A stretch of 64,000 nucleotides of DNA from sequence record MW749003.1; one strand, given 5' to 3'. The notes beneath the pieces are model-generated. The model worked only from the letters and a program-made list of their open reading frames with translations. It was not told the origin of the DNA and did not search any database. The first letter of the stretch is position 1; each line of letters starts with the position of its first letter. Below, piece after piece: positions 49,013 to 59,924 of the stretch. The translations under genes were made by a program, and so were the position numbers.

Positions 49013-51741
49013 ATGAAAATGGGGGAATATTTGATGGTAACGACAAAAGTAAACAATCAATATAGTGATGAATCAATTGATCTTTTGGAAGGTTTAGAAG
49101 GTATCAGAACACGTTTTGACATGTATGTAGGTGGAAAGGATTCAGCGGCATTTCATCTTGTAAAAGAAGTAGTGGACAACTCTATTGATGAAGCGATTAA
49201 TGGATATTGCACTAATATTAATATTACATATGATGAAAAACTAAATCAAATTTCAATTGAAGATAATGGTCGTGGTCTTCCTACTGGTATTAATAAGAAG
49301 ACTAAAAAACCTACAATTGAAGTACTTTTTACTTATATGCATGCAGGTGGAAAATTTAATAAGGATAGCTTTAAAGTATCAGGCGGTAAGAATGGTATTG
49401 GTTTAAAAGCAGTTAATGCTCTTTCAAGCTTCCTATTGGTTGAGTCATTTCATAATGGCGAACACTATTCAATGGAATTTTCTAAAGGAAAAATCGTCAA
49501 ATCATTAAATAAACTTGGAAATACTACAAAACGTGGTACAAAAATTACATTTATACCTGATGATGAAATTTTAAAACAATTTGCCAAAATTGATCAATCT
49601 CTATTAAAAGAGGAATTAAACAAGAGAGCATATATCAATGCTGGTCTTGAAATTAATTTAAAAATTGGTAAAGAGAAAACTACTTTTAAACATGATAACG
49701 GAATTATTGACTATCTTAATGATATTAATACAGATCAAATTAATGAACCAATCAATTTTGAATTTACTGATAAAAAGGGAAATATTTATGAAGTAGTATT
49801 TAACTATGCTAATGAATCAGGAGAAAATATTAAATCATTTGTTAATGGTATCTCAACAAGTAAAGGTACTCATGAACAAGGTTTTAAAACAGGACTAACA
49901 GTGGCATTACTTGAATTTATTAAAGAAAATAATCTATTACCTAAAAAGTTAGAAAAACTAGAAATTAAGGGTGATGATATTCGAGAAGGCTTATATTCTA
50001 TTATTAGTCTTAAACTCTTAGAACCAGAATTCCGAGGACAAGTAAAAGATGAATTAAGTAATAGTGAAGTACTTGGGGAATTAAAAAAGGCTACTCATGA
50101 AAAGACAAAAGATTGGCTATCAAAAAATATTGATATTGGTAAAAAGATTGCAAATCGTATTATTGCATTTGCAAAGGGTAGAAAAGAAGCTAATGCAATT
50201 AAAGACAAAATTGTAAAAGTAAATGGTAATTCTTCTGGTTTATCATTTAAATCTGATTTCCCTGATTGTGATAGTAGAGATATTACAAAAAACGAAATTA
50301 TTGTTATTGAGGGAAATTCAGCTGGAGGTAGTGTACGTAATGCTAGAATTTCAGAAATTCAAGCTGTATTCCCATTACGTGGTAAACCATTAAATGCATA
50401 TGGGTTAACTCATGCTAGAATCCTAGCAAACAAAGAATTTAAAGAACTAATTAAAGTAATTTTTGGAACAACTGATATTAAGAATATTAGTTATGATAAT
50501 ATTAGATATGGTAAAATTATTATTTTGGCAGATGCCGATGATGACGGTGAAATGATTTGATAGCTGTCAAAAAACCTGATTAATTGCTGGAACATCCTTA
50601 GAGTTTCTATTACTAACTTATTATAGTGATATAATAAGGGCTGAGTATTATCCTCAGATATAGTAATAATATAGAAAATTGGACAATCAGCAGCCAAGTA
50701 TCCATTAAATTATGGATAAAGGTTCAACGACTATCGAAACCACTTTATCAGATCGTTGTGAAATGCTAGATAAAGACAAGGGAGTAGAGTACAGCCAAGT
50801 GGTAGAGGTGTAGAGTAATAATCTAATAATTCCTCTTTAAATGGAAATGTCAGGCGCTGTATTTAAGCGAAGATATAGTCTCATCTCTATAGAAATATAG
50901 AGCAGTTCATAAGAGAACGGTATGGAATTAACGACTCCATATGAAGATTGTGTATCATATTACTATGTTGCTTCTTGCATTTTTATATGAGCATTTTCCT
51001 AAATTAATTGAGGATGGAAGAGTATATATTGCACTCTCCCCATTATATCGTGTTAGAAAAAATAAATCCGATAAATATCTTTATTTCAAGAATGATAAAG
51101 AGTATGATAAATTTGTAATTAAAGAGATTGGAAAGAAATATAAACTTGATCCAATTTCTCTTAGTAAATTCATTACAAACGGAAAGAAATATACAAGTTT
51201 ATTTGATAGTATTAGACATAGATATAATATTGACATTGATGTATTAAATATTATTGAAAATCATATGAGTGTAAATAATGATATTCGCACTAAAGATATT
51301 GTCTCAGATCTAAAAGATATTGATCTAGCAGTTACAAAAGAAGGAAAAGATCTTAAAGTAGAAGGTTTATACAGAGATACTTGGCATAAACTCATTATTA
51401 ATGATGAATTTGCTAAACATATTGAAGAACTTTCAGCGGTATTTAATGATTTAGACGTAGTAACAATTGAAGATGCAAAAGACGGTCATATTGTAAAAGA
51501 AGATGAATATATTTATAATGCATTAAACTTTTTAAATAATTCAATTACTTTTGTCAGAAACCGTTTTAAAGGATTAGGAGAAGCAGATGCTAATGAGTTA
51601 TTTGAGACTACTCTTGATCCAAAGAAAAGAGATTTAGTTCAAGTCAATATTAATGATTTTGAATCTACAGATGAGATCAATAAGATTCTATTTGGGAATA
51701 ATGCTGATTTACGTAAAATGTTTATTGATAAATATTTGTAA
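49013..51741 (+). CDS. gyrB: Type II topoisomerase B subunit (GyrB-like), spliced join(49013 or 49034..50548, 50953..51741)
   Basis: EVVDNSIDE, DNGRG, HAGGKF, GGKNGIG, EGNSAGG, PLRGK, spliced ADADDDG-YHITMLL, RFKGLGE. Confidence 0.93.
50549..50952 (+). mobile_element. Group I intron (ORF-less, 404 nt) in gyrB TOPRIM motif
   Basis: P1 UGACGGU/GCUGUCA; P10 UGAUA/UAUCA; canonical core; terminal G at 50952. Confidence 0.92.
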
Positions 51742-51770
51742 AATTACTATTTCATTTAGGAGGAGAAATA

Positions 51771-52415
51771 ATGGCAGATATTAAATTAGTTGATAAAGAT
51801 ACTGATTTATCTAATTTAAAACCAATTGGTTGGGATTTGAAGATTAATGGAGTAGATTTTGACGTATATCGAATTAATGGATATAATCATTCTATTGGTG
51901 GTAAATGGGGAAAAAATTGTTATTGGGCTTGTCCTTCCAATGAGAAACCAACTTATGAAAATCTTATTCAATTTAGTGGTGATGCTCCTACTTGGGGTGT
52001 TACATTTGACAGAATCAATTATGTTAAAACTAAATGGGATGAAACATCAGTTAATGCTAATGGTAATTGTTGGATAACTCGTAATGGTCAAAAATTTTAT
52101 AGAATAAATGCACGTTATTTAGATTATGGATTAGCAACTGCACAGCATGTACTAGTAAAACTATTAGAAGATTGTCCACTTGATTTGCATATGAGAAACT
52201 GGAAAGAAAAAGCTATTGGTTATAAGATTTGGTATAATAATCAACCAGCCAAAATAACTGATATTACTAGTAACAATGAACTTTGGATTGTACCAGATGG
52301 TATTTCAAAATTTGAAGCACCCAAACATTATAAAGATCCTGAAGATTATTTGGATTATGAAGATGGAATGCTTGTTGATTTACTATCACCAAATATTTAT
52401 TGGTTTAGAGATTAA
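51771..52415 (+). CDS. Hypothetical protein (Trp-rich)
   Basis: 214-aa ORF, AGGAGG RBS. Confidence 0.7.
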   Translation: MADIKLVDKDTDLSNLKPIGWDLKINGVDFDVYRINGYNHSIGGKWGKNCYWACPSNEKPTYENLIQFSGDAPTWGVTFDRINYVKTKWDETSVNANGNCWITRNGQKFYRINARYLDYGLATAQHVLVKLLEDCPLDLHMRNWKEKAIGYKIWYNNQPAKITDITSNNELWIVPDGISKFEAPKHYKDPEDYLDYEDGMLVDLLSPNIYWFRD

Positions 52416-52419
52416 AAAT

Positions 52420-52456
52420 AATAACAACCTTACCTACTATTGGTAAGGTTGTTATT
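52420..52456 (+). terminator. Intrinsic terminator
   Basis: 15-bp stem AATAACAACCTTACC / GGTAAGGTTGTTATT. Confidence 0.8.
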
Positions 52457-52476
52457 TCTATTAACAGGAGGTTATT

Positions 52477-53274
52477 ATGAATAATATTAATAAAGCTAAA
52501 GTAATTGCCGCAGGTTCATCAATTCTTATTGCCATTAGCCTTACTACATCAACAGTTACATATAACTATATGAATAAAAAGATTGAAACAAAAGAAAGTG
52601 AAGTTACTGAATTAAGAGATAGTTTTAAAAATCTGAAAAAAGAAAAAGTTAATTTAGAAAAAGAAAATAAAGATTTTTCAAGTAATAATAAAAATCTTGA
52701 TAATAAAATTAAAGAATTAAAGAAATCAAAAGAAGAACTAGATAAAAAGAATACTGAGATTTCAGAAGAAAATAAAGAATTAAAGAAGTTTATTGAACAT
52801 GTACAAAAATTGCCTCAATGGACTGAACAAGATGTAACTCAAACATCTAATACTAGTAAGGTTGGATTGAAAATTGCTCTAAAAGATACTGGGTTAGATG
52901 GTCTTGAAGAATCATTTATTGAAGCTGAAAATAAGTATGGCATTAATGCTATCTTTTTAACATCATTAGTAGCACAAGAGAGTGGTTGGGGAACTTCAGA
53001 TAGAGCAAAGAGAGATAATAATCTTTCTGGTTATGCAGTTTATAGTGATTCAAGTAAAGGAAAGTCATTTGCTAGTAAACATGATAGTATTATGAGTACA
53101 GCAAAATTATTAAAGGAAAATTATGTAAAAGAAGGAAGAAAAGACATTTATTCAATAAATGATAAATATACACCCGTAAATGGTCATGATTGGGCGAATA
53201 ATATAATTAGAATTGCTAATAAATTAGTTAAAAAAGCAGACGTTAACCAATATATTAAAGGACAAAAAATTTAA
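52477..53274 (+). CDS. Membrane-anchored coiled-coil + glucosaminidase (GH73-like) peptidoglycan hydrolase
   Basis: N-terminal hydrophobic helix, coiled coil, AENKYGINAIFL...AQESGWGTS, NNLSGY. Confidence 0.82.
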   Translation: MNNINKAKVIAAGSSILIAISLTTSTVTYNYMNKKIETKESEVTELRDSFKNLKKEKVNLEKENKDFSSNNKNLDNKIKELKKSKEELDKKNTEISEENKELKKFIEHVQKLPQWTEQDVTQTSNTSKVGLKIALKDTGLDGLEESFIEAENKYGINAIFLTSLVAQESGWGTSDRAKRDNNLSGYAVYSDSSKGKSFASKHDSIMSTAKLLKENYVKEGRKDIYSINDKYTPVNGHDWANNIIRIANKLVKKADVNQYIKGQKI

Positions 53275-53287
53275 GGGGATTTTAATT

Positions 53288-53650
53288 ATGAATAAAAGAT
53301 ATAATAAGAGATATAATAAAAATGAACAACTTGCAAATGAGTTAAGAGACTTTATTATTGAAAATGAATTTACAAATGTTCGAATCTACTTTAATAATAA
53401 AGTATATGACTGGTATAGTTCTAGTAAAGAACCAATTTTAATTAATAATATTAGACCAACAGAATATTTTCCGACTGCAAATAATAAAACTGTTTCAATG
53501 AGTTTTGAAGGAAATCTATATTATCCTATGAACTTCGGTGATAATGATAATGACTTTACTACTTATAATACAATTAAAAGTATTTTTAAAAAATATGGTT
53601 ATTATTTTGAATTTGGAAATGCATGGAATATAACTGCCTATGATTTATAA
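53288..53650 (+). CDS. Hypothetical protein
   Basis: 120-aa ORF in operon. Confidence 0.65.
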   Translation: MNKRYNKRYNKNEQLANELRDFIIENEFTNVRIYFNNKVYDWYSSSKEPILINNIRPTEYFPTANNKTVSMSFEGNLYYPMNFGDNDNDFTTYNTIKSIFKKYGYYFEFGNAWNITAYDL

Positions 53651-53667
53651 AAGGAGAAAGAATAATA

Positions 53668-54609
53668 ATGGGTAAAAAGATTAATAAAGAAATATTAGAA
53701 AAAATAATTAAAGAAAATCCTGATTGGTCGCAAAAACAAATAGCTGATCATTTAAATTTATCTATATCTTATATTGGACAATTAATAAAAAAATATAATA
53801 TTGATTATAAAGATAAAAATATAAATTACACCATAAAAGAGGAATTAACAAAAATTATAAATGAACATCCTGATTGGTCGCAAAGAGAAATAGCTGAACA
53901 CTTAGGGACGGAAAAATCTCATGTGAGTCAATTAATTAAAAAGTATAATATTGATTATACTATAAAAAAGAAGAATAAAAAAATAATTATTTCAAAAGAA
54001 AAATTAATTGAAATTATTAATGAACACCCTGATTGGACACAAAAACAAATAGCTGACCATTTAGGAGTTGTAGAATCCTATATCGGTAGGTTAATAAAAA
54101 AGTATGATATACTATATGTTAAAAAAGGAAATCAAAGCAGGAATAAATTTATGGAAAAAAATTTAATTTCACAGTATTTTATGAATGAAGAAGTTATGGC
54201 AGATTTATTATTTTCAGTAATTAAGAATAATGAATTAAATCAAAAAGAAATAGCTGATCTATTAGTAAAAAGATTAATTAATGAATATGATCTAAATTAT
54301 AAATTAAAAACTATAACTAAAGATGATTTATTGGATGTAATTAAAGAGCATCCTGACTGGACACAAAAACAAATAGCTGATCATTTCCTAGCTCTTCCAA
54401 ATACAATTAATTCTATACTAGTAAGAAATAACATCAATCAAAAAGAAATTAGAGAAGAATATATGGTTGAAAAATTAAAAGAATTAATTAAAGAGCATCC
54501 TGACTGGACACAAGCTCAATTAGCTGAACCACTAGGAATTACAAAAACATATGTAAGGAATTTAATTATTAAATATAAATTAGAATATAATAAGAAGAAA
54601 TTAAAATAA
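53668..54609 (+). CDS. Multi-HTH repeat DNA-binding protein
   Basis: Five E[HN]PDW[ST]Q..[IL]A repeats plus one degenerate copy. Confidence 0.75.
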   Translation: MGKKINKEILEKIIKENPDWSQKQIADHLNLSISYIGQLIKKYNIDYKDKNINYTIKEELTKIINEHPDWSQREIAEHLGTEKSHVSQLIKKYNIDYTIKKKNKKIIISKEKLIEIINEHPDWTQKQIADHLGVVESYIGRLIKKYDILYVKKGNQSRNKFMEKNLISQYFMNEEVMADLLFSVIKNNELNQKEIADLLVKRLINEYDLNYKLKTITKDDLLDVIKEHPDWTQKQIADHFLALPNTINSILVRNNINQKEIREEYMVEKLKELIKEHPDWTQAQLAEPLGITKTYVRNLIIKYKLEYNKKKLK

Positions 54610-54612
54610 TTT

Positions 54613-54627
54613 TAAAGTTTATATTAT
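54613..54627 (+). promoter_or_regulatory. Putative early promoter
   Basis: TAAAGTTTATATTAT upstream of the MoxR gene. Confidence 0.55.
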
Positions 54628-54653
54628 AAAAATGTAACAAACTAGATAAATAA

Positions 54654-55883
54654 TTGGGAATAGAAATGGAGAGAGAAATTATTATGAAAATGTCAAATCT
54701 AATCAAAGCAATCGATATTACAGTTCAATCAGGTTCAGTGCCTATGGTTATGGGTCACAGTGGTATTGGAAAATCAAGTATTGCAAAAATCTATGCAGAT
54801 TTAATTCAAGAAAGAGAAAATAAAGATGTAGTATATGTTGAGTTATTTGGTTCTGTCCTTAAAGAAGGTGAATTAACTGGTATGCCAATTAATGTCACTA
54901 AAAACTATAGCGGAGAAGAATTAAATGTAACAACATATACTATTCATACTGCAATTAGAAAACTATGGGAAGCAAATGAGGCAGGTAAAATTCCACTATT
55001 ATTCTTAGATGAATTAAACCGTTCTGATATTGCAGTACAACAAGAGTTAATGCAATTAATTCTTACGAAGCAAATTAATGGAAATCCATTACCAGAAAAT
55101 ACTATTATGATTGCGGCAGGAAATCCAGATTCTGAAGATGATGATGGAATTGACTATCAAGTAAATACTATGAACTATGCTTTAAGAGATCGTTTTACTG
55201 ATCTTCATTTAGAAGTAGACTCTGACGAATGGATTAAATGGGCATTACAACAAGTATCATTTTATGATAATGATGACAATCTAATTAAGACAGATTCTAT
55301 GATCCACAAGAATATTATTGAATTTATCACAAATGATCCTCTTCAGTTACATATCATTAATGCTGAAAATGAAGGTAAAAATCCAACTCCTCGTGCTTGG
55401 GAAAGAACTTCTGATGCATATAGATATTTTGAAGAGAACTATGATATGGAAGACAGTGATAATAAAAGAGCTTTCTGGGGAGTAGTAGAAGGAAATCTTG
55501 GGAAAAATACTGCTATTGCATTTAGAAGTTTTATTGAAGAAAATTCCAAACCAATGATTAATCCAAAGACTATTATTAATAATAAAGATTTATCTAAAGA
55601 TACAAAGCTAATCGAAAAAATTAAAAATGAAACTATGGCAAGACAAAATCTATTAACTCGCTATGTATATATTCATATTGGTAATAATATCGATAAATTT
55701 AAAGAAAAAGAGTTAAATAACTTTATTACTTATCTTGATATTATTCCTGAAGAACTGCTAATGATGGCAATTAGTGAGATTAAGAGAAATCCTAATGATA
55801 ACATTAGTTCTATTTTTGAAATTTTAAAAACTAATCAAACTTTTATTCAAAAGTTTGTTAATATCATTCAAAATTTAAAATAA
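54654..55883 (+). CDS. MoxR-like AAA+ ATPase
   Basis: GHSGIGKS, LFLDELNR, AAGNP, ALRDRF, TPRAWER; true start may be a downstream ATG. Confidence 0.88.
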   Translation: MGIEMEREIIMKMSNLIKAIDITVQSGSVPMVMGHSGIGKSSIAKIYADLIQERENKDVVYVELFGSVLKEGELTGMPINVTKNYSGEELNVTTYTIHTAIRKLWEANEAGKIPLLFLDELNRSDIAVQQELMQLILTKQINGNPLPENTIMIAAGNPDSEDDDGIDYQVNTMNYALRDRFTDLHLEVDSDEWIKWALQQVSFYDNDDNLIKTDSMIHKNIIEFITNDPLQLHIINAENEGKNPTPRAWERTSDAYRYFEENYDMEDSDNKRAFWGVVEGNLGKNTAIAFRSFIEENSKPMINPKTIINNKDLSKDTKLIEKIKNETMARQNLLTRYVYIHIGNNIDKFKEKELNNFITYLDIIPEELLMMAISEIKRNPNDNISSIFEILKTNQTFIQKFVNIIQNLK

Positions 55884-55909
55884 TAGAGATGTAAAAAGGG
55901 GAAGTAAAA

Positions 55910-57325
55910 ATGTCTATTCTTAATAGTGATAATAAAAATGAAATTTATAAGTATCTAAGATCAGTATATATTAAAGCAGATGCTCCTTCAGTTCAAGTCT
56001 CAGAAAATAATCAAAAGTTAATAGAGAGATATTTCTCTCTATTAACTACTTCCTTGATCTTAAATGATCGGGATGGAGATAGTAGATTCTATGCTTATTT
56101 TTTGTCCTCTGTTAAAAGAACTATTATTCATGATCAGTATTTTGCTCCTGCCGCAGTATATTATGATGATAATAGAATGACATTCGTGTTATTATTAAAT
56201 CCATATAAATTATTCTTATTTGAACAAGATGAGATCATTGCTGTACTAATGCATGAATTACTTCATGTTGCAAATAGCCATATCTATAGACACAAAGTTT
56301 TATCCACTAAATATAATAAACTTGACATGCAAAAAGTTAACATTGCAATGGATTGTGCAATTAATCAGTTTATTAAAAATTTACCTAATGGTACAATTAC
56401 ACTTAAATCAGTTAAAGAAATGACCGGAGTAAAGAATATTAGATCTAAGGCAAATTTTGAATATTACCTAGAATTATTATTAAAGAGTAAGAAAGCCAAT
56501 AAAAATAATAAATCTAATGGTCAAAGTTCAAAAGATCCTAATGAATTAAATGATAATGATGTTGATTCTGATGGAAATCTAACCGAAAGTGGTAAAGAAA
56601 AAAGATTATCACAATCAAGAAATCATGCTCATGATAAATGGGATGAAATTGAATCTAGTAAAACAGTAGAGAAAGAGATGTCAGAGAAATTAAAAGATAT
56701 CCTTCAAGATATTAAAAATAGAAATAGAGGTAATCTTCCTAATAATATGGAAAGTATCTTGCAATCATTATTAGGTAAGCAAGAAATTGCATGGCAGAAA
56801 ATTTTTAAGAATATGATTGGTGGTTTAAAAGTTCCATTTAAGAGAACTCCTATGCGTAGAAGTAGAAGACAACCTGATAGACCTGATGTTCTAGGAAGGA
56901 TCTCGGACAGAGAATGTAAAGTTGCAGTTGCTTTGGATATGTCAGGATCAATGTCAAATGAGGAACTAGCATGGTCGCTTAATGAAGTAATTGGTTTATT
57001 AAAAGGAAAGAAATCAACCGTTACCATCATTCACTTTGATTCAGAAGTTGGAACAGTCTATGATGTTAGAAAAAAGAATGATATTAAATTTAAAAGAGAC
57101 AAAAATGGTGGTACAGAATTTTCACCTGTTATTAGCTATGTAAATAAGAATTTACCAAAAACAGATGTACTAGTAGTCTTTACTGATGGCTTTGGTGAAT
57201 ATGAATTACTAGAAAAACCAAATTGTCAAATGTTATGGATTATTACAAGAGGAAATAACTTATCCGTTCGAAAACCATATGGCAAAGTAAGACGTAATAA
57301 TTATAAGGAGGATAAAAATGAATAA
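55910..57325 (+). CDS. Metallopeptidase-like (HExxH) + vWA domain protein (DUF2201-like)
   Basis: MHELLH, NIAMDCAINQ; MIDAS ALDMSGSMS, GGTEF, VFTDG. Confidence 0.88.
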   Translation: MSILNSDNKNEIYKYLRSVYIKADAPSVQVSENNQKLIERYFSLLTTSLILNDRDGDSRFYAYFLSSVKRTIIHDQYFAPAAVYYDDNRMTFVLLLNPYKLFLFEQDEIIAVLMHELLHVANSHIYRHKVLSTKYNKLDMQKVNIAMDCAINQFIKNLPNGTITLKSVKEMTGVKNIRSKANFEYYLELLLKSKKANKNNKSNGQSSKDPNELNDNDVDSDGNLTESGKEKRLSQSRNHAHDKWDEIESSKTVEKEMSEKLKDILQDIKNRNRGNLPNNMESILQSLLGKQEIAWQKIFKNMIGGLKVPFKRTPMRRSRRQPDRPDVLGRISDRECKVAVALDMSGSMSNEELAWSLNEVIGLLKGKKSTVTIIHFDSEVGTVYDVRKKNDIKFKRDKNGGTEFSPVISYVNKNLPKTDVLVVFTDGFGEYELLEKPNCQMLWIITRGNNLSVRKPYGKVRRNNYKEDKNE

Positions 57326-57515
57326 AGAAATAAAAATTAATTGTTTTAATTTATTATACAGTGATTACATAAAAAGAGGGAATTCTGGAATTAAATATAA
57401 TGATTCTAAAGATATAGCTGATAAACTAACCAGTTATCATACAAAATTAGTGCGTATTATTGGGACAGGACAATTTGGATGGAGTTTTAAATTCTTAAGG
57501 AGAAAGCTAATATGA
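57318..57515 (+). CDS. Hypothetical protein
   Basis: 65-aa ORF overlapping both neighbours, GGAGG RBS. Confidence 0.5.
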   Translation: MNKEIKINCFNLLYSDYIKRGNSGIKYNDSKDIADKLTSYHTKLVRIIGTGQFGWSFKFLRRKLI

Positions 57516-58735
57516 TTGATAAATTAAATAAACTTGGATTTAAGTTAGATATAGACAATGAAGCTTTATTAATAGAAGATGATTTTGTACAAAATCATCT
57601 TCCATCACATATTTATGATGTATATAAAGAGTTAGATAAAGGCTATCGCTACCAACCAAATAAAGTTATAGATTATATTAATATACGTATGTTTTGTTTA
57701 AGAGACGATCAATTAATCTATAATTGGTATTTTCATGAGAAGCTTTGTGCTTTTCCTAGAGGATCAAGTTGGATTACTGAAAGATATGAACCAAGAATTA
57801 CTATAATTAGTTTAATAATATTAAATAAATTAATTGAAAATAATATAAAATTTAAGATAAATTTTCCTAAATCCCTTAGACAAACTGATACAGGTAAAAT
57901 TATACATGAGTGTTATTATAAGATTTGCAATATTAATACTATAAAAGCAATGAAATCAAGTATAGACTATAAACTTATTTTTAAACAAGATCTCGCACCA
58001 ATATATCGTAAAGTATTAGTATATTTATTTAATAATAAAGAGAATAGAGATTACTTTTATAATTACTATGATGTTCAAATCCCAACTAGAAATAATTCAA
58101 TTTATACTAGTTTTTCTAAAACTCATTTATTATTTGGATTTAACAGACCTGATATTGATATTTTAAATATTAAATTCTTAATGCAAGATTCACTTGTTGA
58201 TGGTGGAATTACTCTTGATCTTAAAACTGATTATGACATATTTTATGATGATGAGGAGTTAAATAATAAAGAAAAAATTAATTCTTATTTTCAAGAATTA
58301 TATGATGATTTTAAAATAAGAATGAAATCTAATTTCTATACGGCTTATAATCCAATAGATAGTTCTTTTTTATCTAAATATACTTTTAATATTAACAATA
58401 GTTCATTACATTTATTATTAAATAAAGAAGATTATAGAAATTTTTTACTAAGTTTCAAGTTCATTAATCGACATGAAAAGTCTTTAGAGAATATTTCATA
58501 TTTTGATTATAAATTTAAAGAAACTATATGTCGTATAATAATTTATATTATGGAATATCAAAGGGAAAATAAAAATACAATATTATTAAATAGGATTGAA
58601 AAATTCTTAGCAAATGATGCATTTGAGAAATATTTACACTTTAAACACTTTAAAGAAAAATTAGGTTGGCAGAATGAAGAAAGTGAAAGAAGAATAATAG
58701 AATATAATGCAATTGATAAATTAGAATCATTGTAG
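57512..58735 (+). CDS. Paralog-array protein 1 (unknown function)
   Basis: RPDIDIL, DY..FYD, I.SYFQEL.DD, YFDYKFKE, C-terminal YNAIDKLESL. Confidence 0.75.
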   Translation: MIDKLNKLGFKLDIDNEALLIEDDFVQNHLPSHIYDVYKELDKGYRYQPNKVIDYINIRMFCLRDDQLIYNWYFHEKLCAFPRGSSWITERYEPRITIISLIILNKLIENNIKFKINFPKSLRQTDTGKIIHECYYKICNINTIKAMKSSIDYKLIFKQDLAPIYRKVLVYLFNNKENRDYFYNYYDVQIPTRNNSIYTSFSKTHLLFGFNRPDIDILNIKFLMQDSLVDGGITLDLKTDYDIFYDDEELNNKEKINSYFQELYDDFKIRMKSNFYTAYNPIDSSFLSKYTFNINNSSLHLLLNKEDYRNFLLSFKFINRHEKSLENISYFDYKFKETICRIIIYIMEYQRENKNTILLNRIEKFLANDAFEKYLHFKHFKEKLGWQNEESERRIIEYNAIDKLESL

Positions 58736-58747
58736 GAGGTTATTGTA

Positions 58748-59881
58748 TTGAGTGTTATTGAGTATCTAAAAGAATTATTATTAGACGTTGATGAAGATAA
58801 TAATATAATTATAATGGAGGATAATGATCTAGTTAGCAATGAATGTATAGTTAGTATGCTAAATGATATAAATAAAGAAAGAAAATTTCTTTTTGTAGAA
58901 AATGATATCGTATACTTTGATGCATCATTTATAATATATAATGTTTGGTCTTATAAGAAAAATCAAGCAATTAATAGTTATTTTCATTTTAATCATACTG
59001 AATTTGCTAATTATGTTGTTAGTAGCATTGTTAAGAGATTAATAGATAGCGATCATATTACTTTAGATATCATTTCAGATAAATTAGATCAAATGACCTT
59101 ATTAAAATCAGGATTAAGAGTATATCCAGAGTTAAAAACTATTTATAGTGTTGAATATGAGTTAGCAAGTTATATTTATGATCATGAATTTATCAAGAGA
59201 TCTCTTGATAAATCACTCATAGATGATGGTTATAGATCGGCTGATCAATCAGTATTTAGTAAACCCACAATACATGAATCTAAGTTAAACTTAATTAGAC
59301 CGGATTTAGATATTCTTTATTTTCCTTTAATTAAAGATTTTAAGACAAACTCAGCATCTATAACTTTAATGCAAGATTATAGATTATTATTTAATGATCC
59401 AAAATTAGAAAAAGAAGAATTAATTAATGAATACTTTAAAGATATTCTAGAAGATACTAAAAAGAGATTAACAGTTGTTAAAGAACAAAGAGTATATAAA
59501 CATAATCTAAATTCATTTTATATTCATTTAATTCAATTAGTTAGAGGTAAAGTTACTAAAACTAGAAAAAATAAAATAAATAAACAATTATCAACTTCTA
59601 GAGCAAGATTCCTTGGGAAAAAAGAGAATTATTTTGAGGGAAAATTTAGGGAAACAATTTTTAAAATAATACTCTTTATGATTGAATATTTTGAAAAAGA
59701 AAATTTGGAGAAACAATTAGAATCAATTGAAAAAGTATTTTCTTTAAAAATATTTAAGAATTATATTGGTTATTATGAATATGATGATATTCGAATAAGT
59801 TATTTGAATGATGATAAATTTGCTAAAAGCAGAGAAAGAATATCTAGATATGAAGCAGAAGAACTCTTAGAACAACTTTAA
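58748..59881 (+). CDS. Paralog-array protein 2
   Basis: RPDLDIL, DY.LLFND, YFEGKFRE, NYIGY, YEAEELLEQL. Confidence 0.75.
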   Translation: MSVIEYLKELLLDVDEDNNIIIMEDNDLVSNECIVSMLNDINKERKFLFVENDIVYFDASFIIYNVWSYKKNQAINSYFHFNHTEFANYVVSSIVKRLIDSDHITLDIISDKLDQMTLLKSGLRVYPELKTIYSVEYELASYIYDHEFIKRSLDKSLIDDGYRSADQSVFSKPTIHESKLNLIRPDLDILYFPLIKDFKTNSASITLMQDYRLLFNDPKLEKEELINEYFKDILEDTKKRLTVVKEQRVYKHNLNSFYIHLIQLVRGKVTKTRKNKINKQLSTSRARFLGKKENYFEGKFRETIFKIILFMIEYFEKENLEKQLESIEKVFSLKIFKNYIGYYEYDDIRISYLNDDKFAKSRERISRYEAEELLEQL

Positions 59882-59883
59882 TT

Positions 59884-59917
59884 TAGAATGATATCCTTTT
59901 TATAGGATATCATTCTA
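59884..59917. terminator. Bidirectional terminator
   Basis: 14-bp stem TAGAATGATATCCT / AGGATATCATTCTA between convergent genes. Confidence 0.8.
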
Positions 59918-59924
59918 ATAATTA

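Noticed and set aside
34116-50952. Stop-codon recoding, frameshifts or inteins to explain broken dnaB, helicase and gyrB
   Set aside because: Inserts contain stops, have group I cores, U-G splice pairs and terminal G, and precise removal restores frame
362-58839. Many short antisense or nested ORFs in the track (e.g. 362..595, 3093..3281, 7375..7734, 16319..16741, 22269..22550, 43482..43775, 56704..57030)
   Set aside because: Lie opposite or inside well-supported genes, without RBS or recognisable motifs
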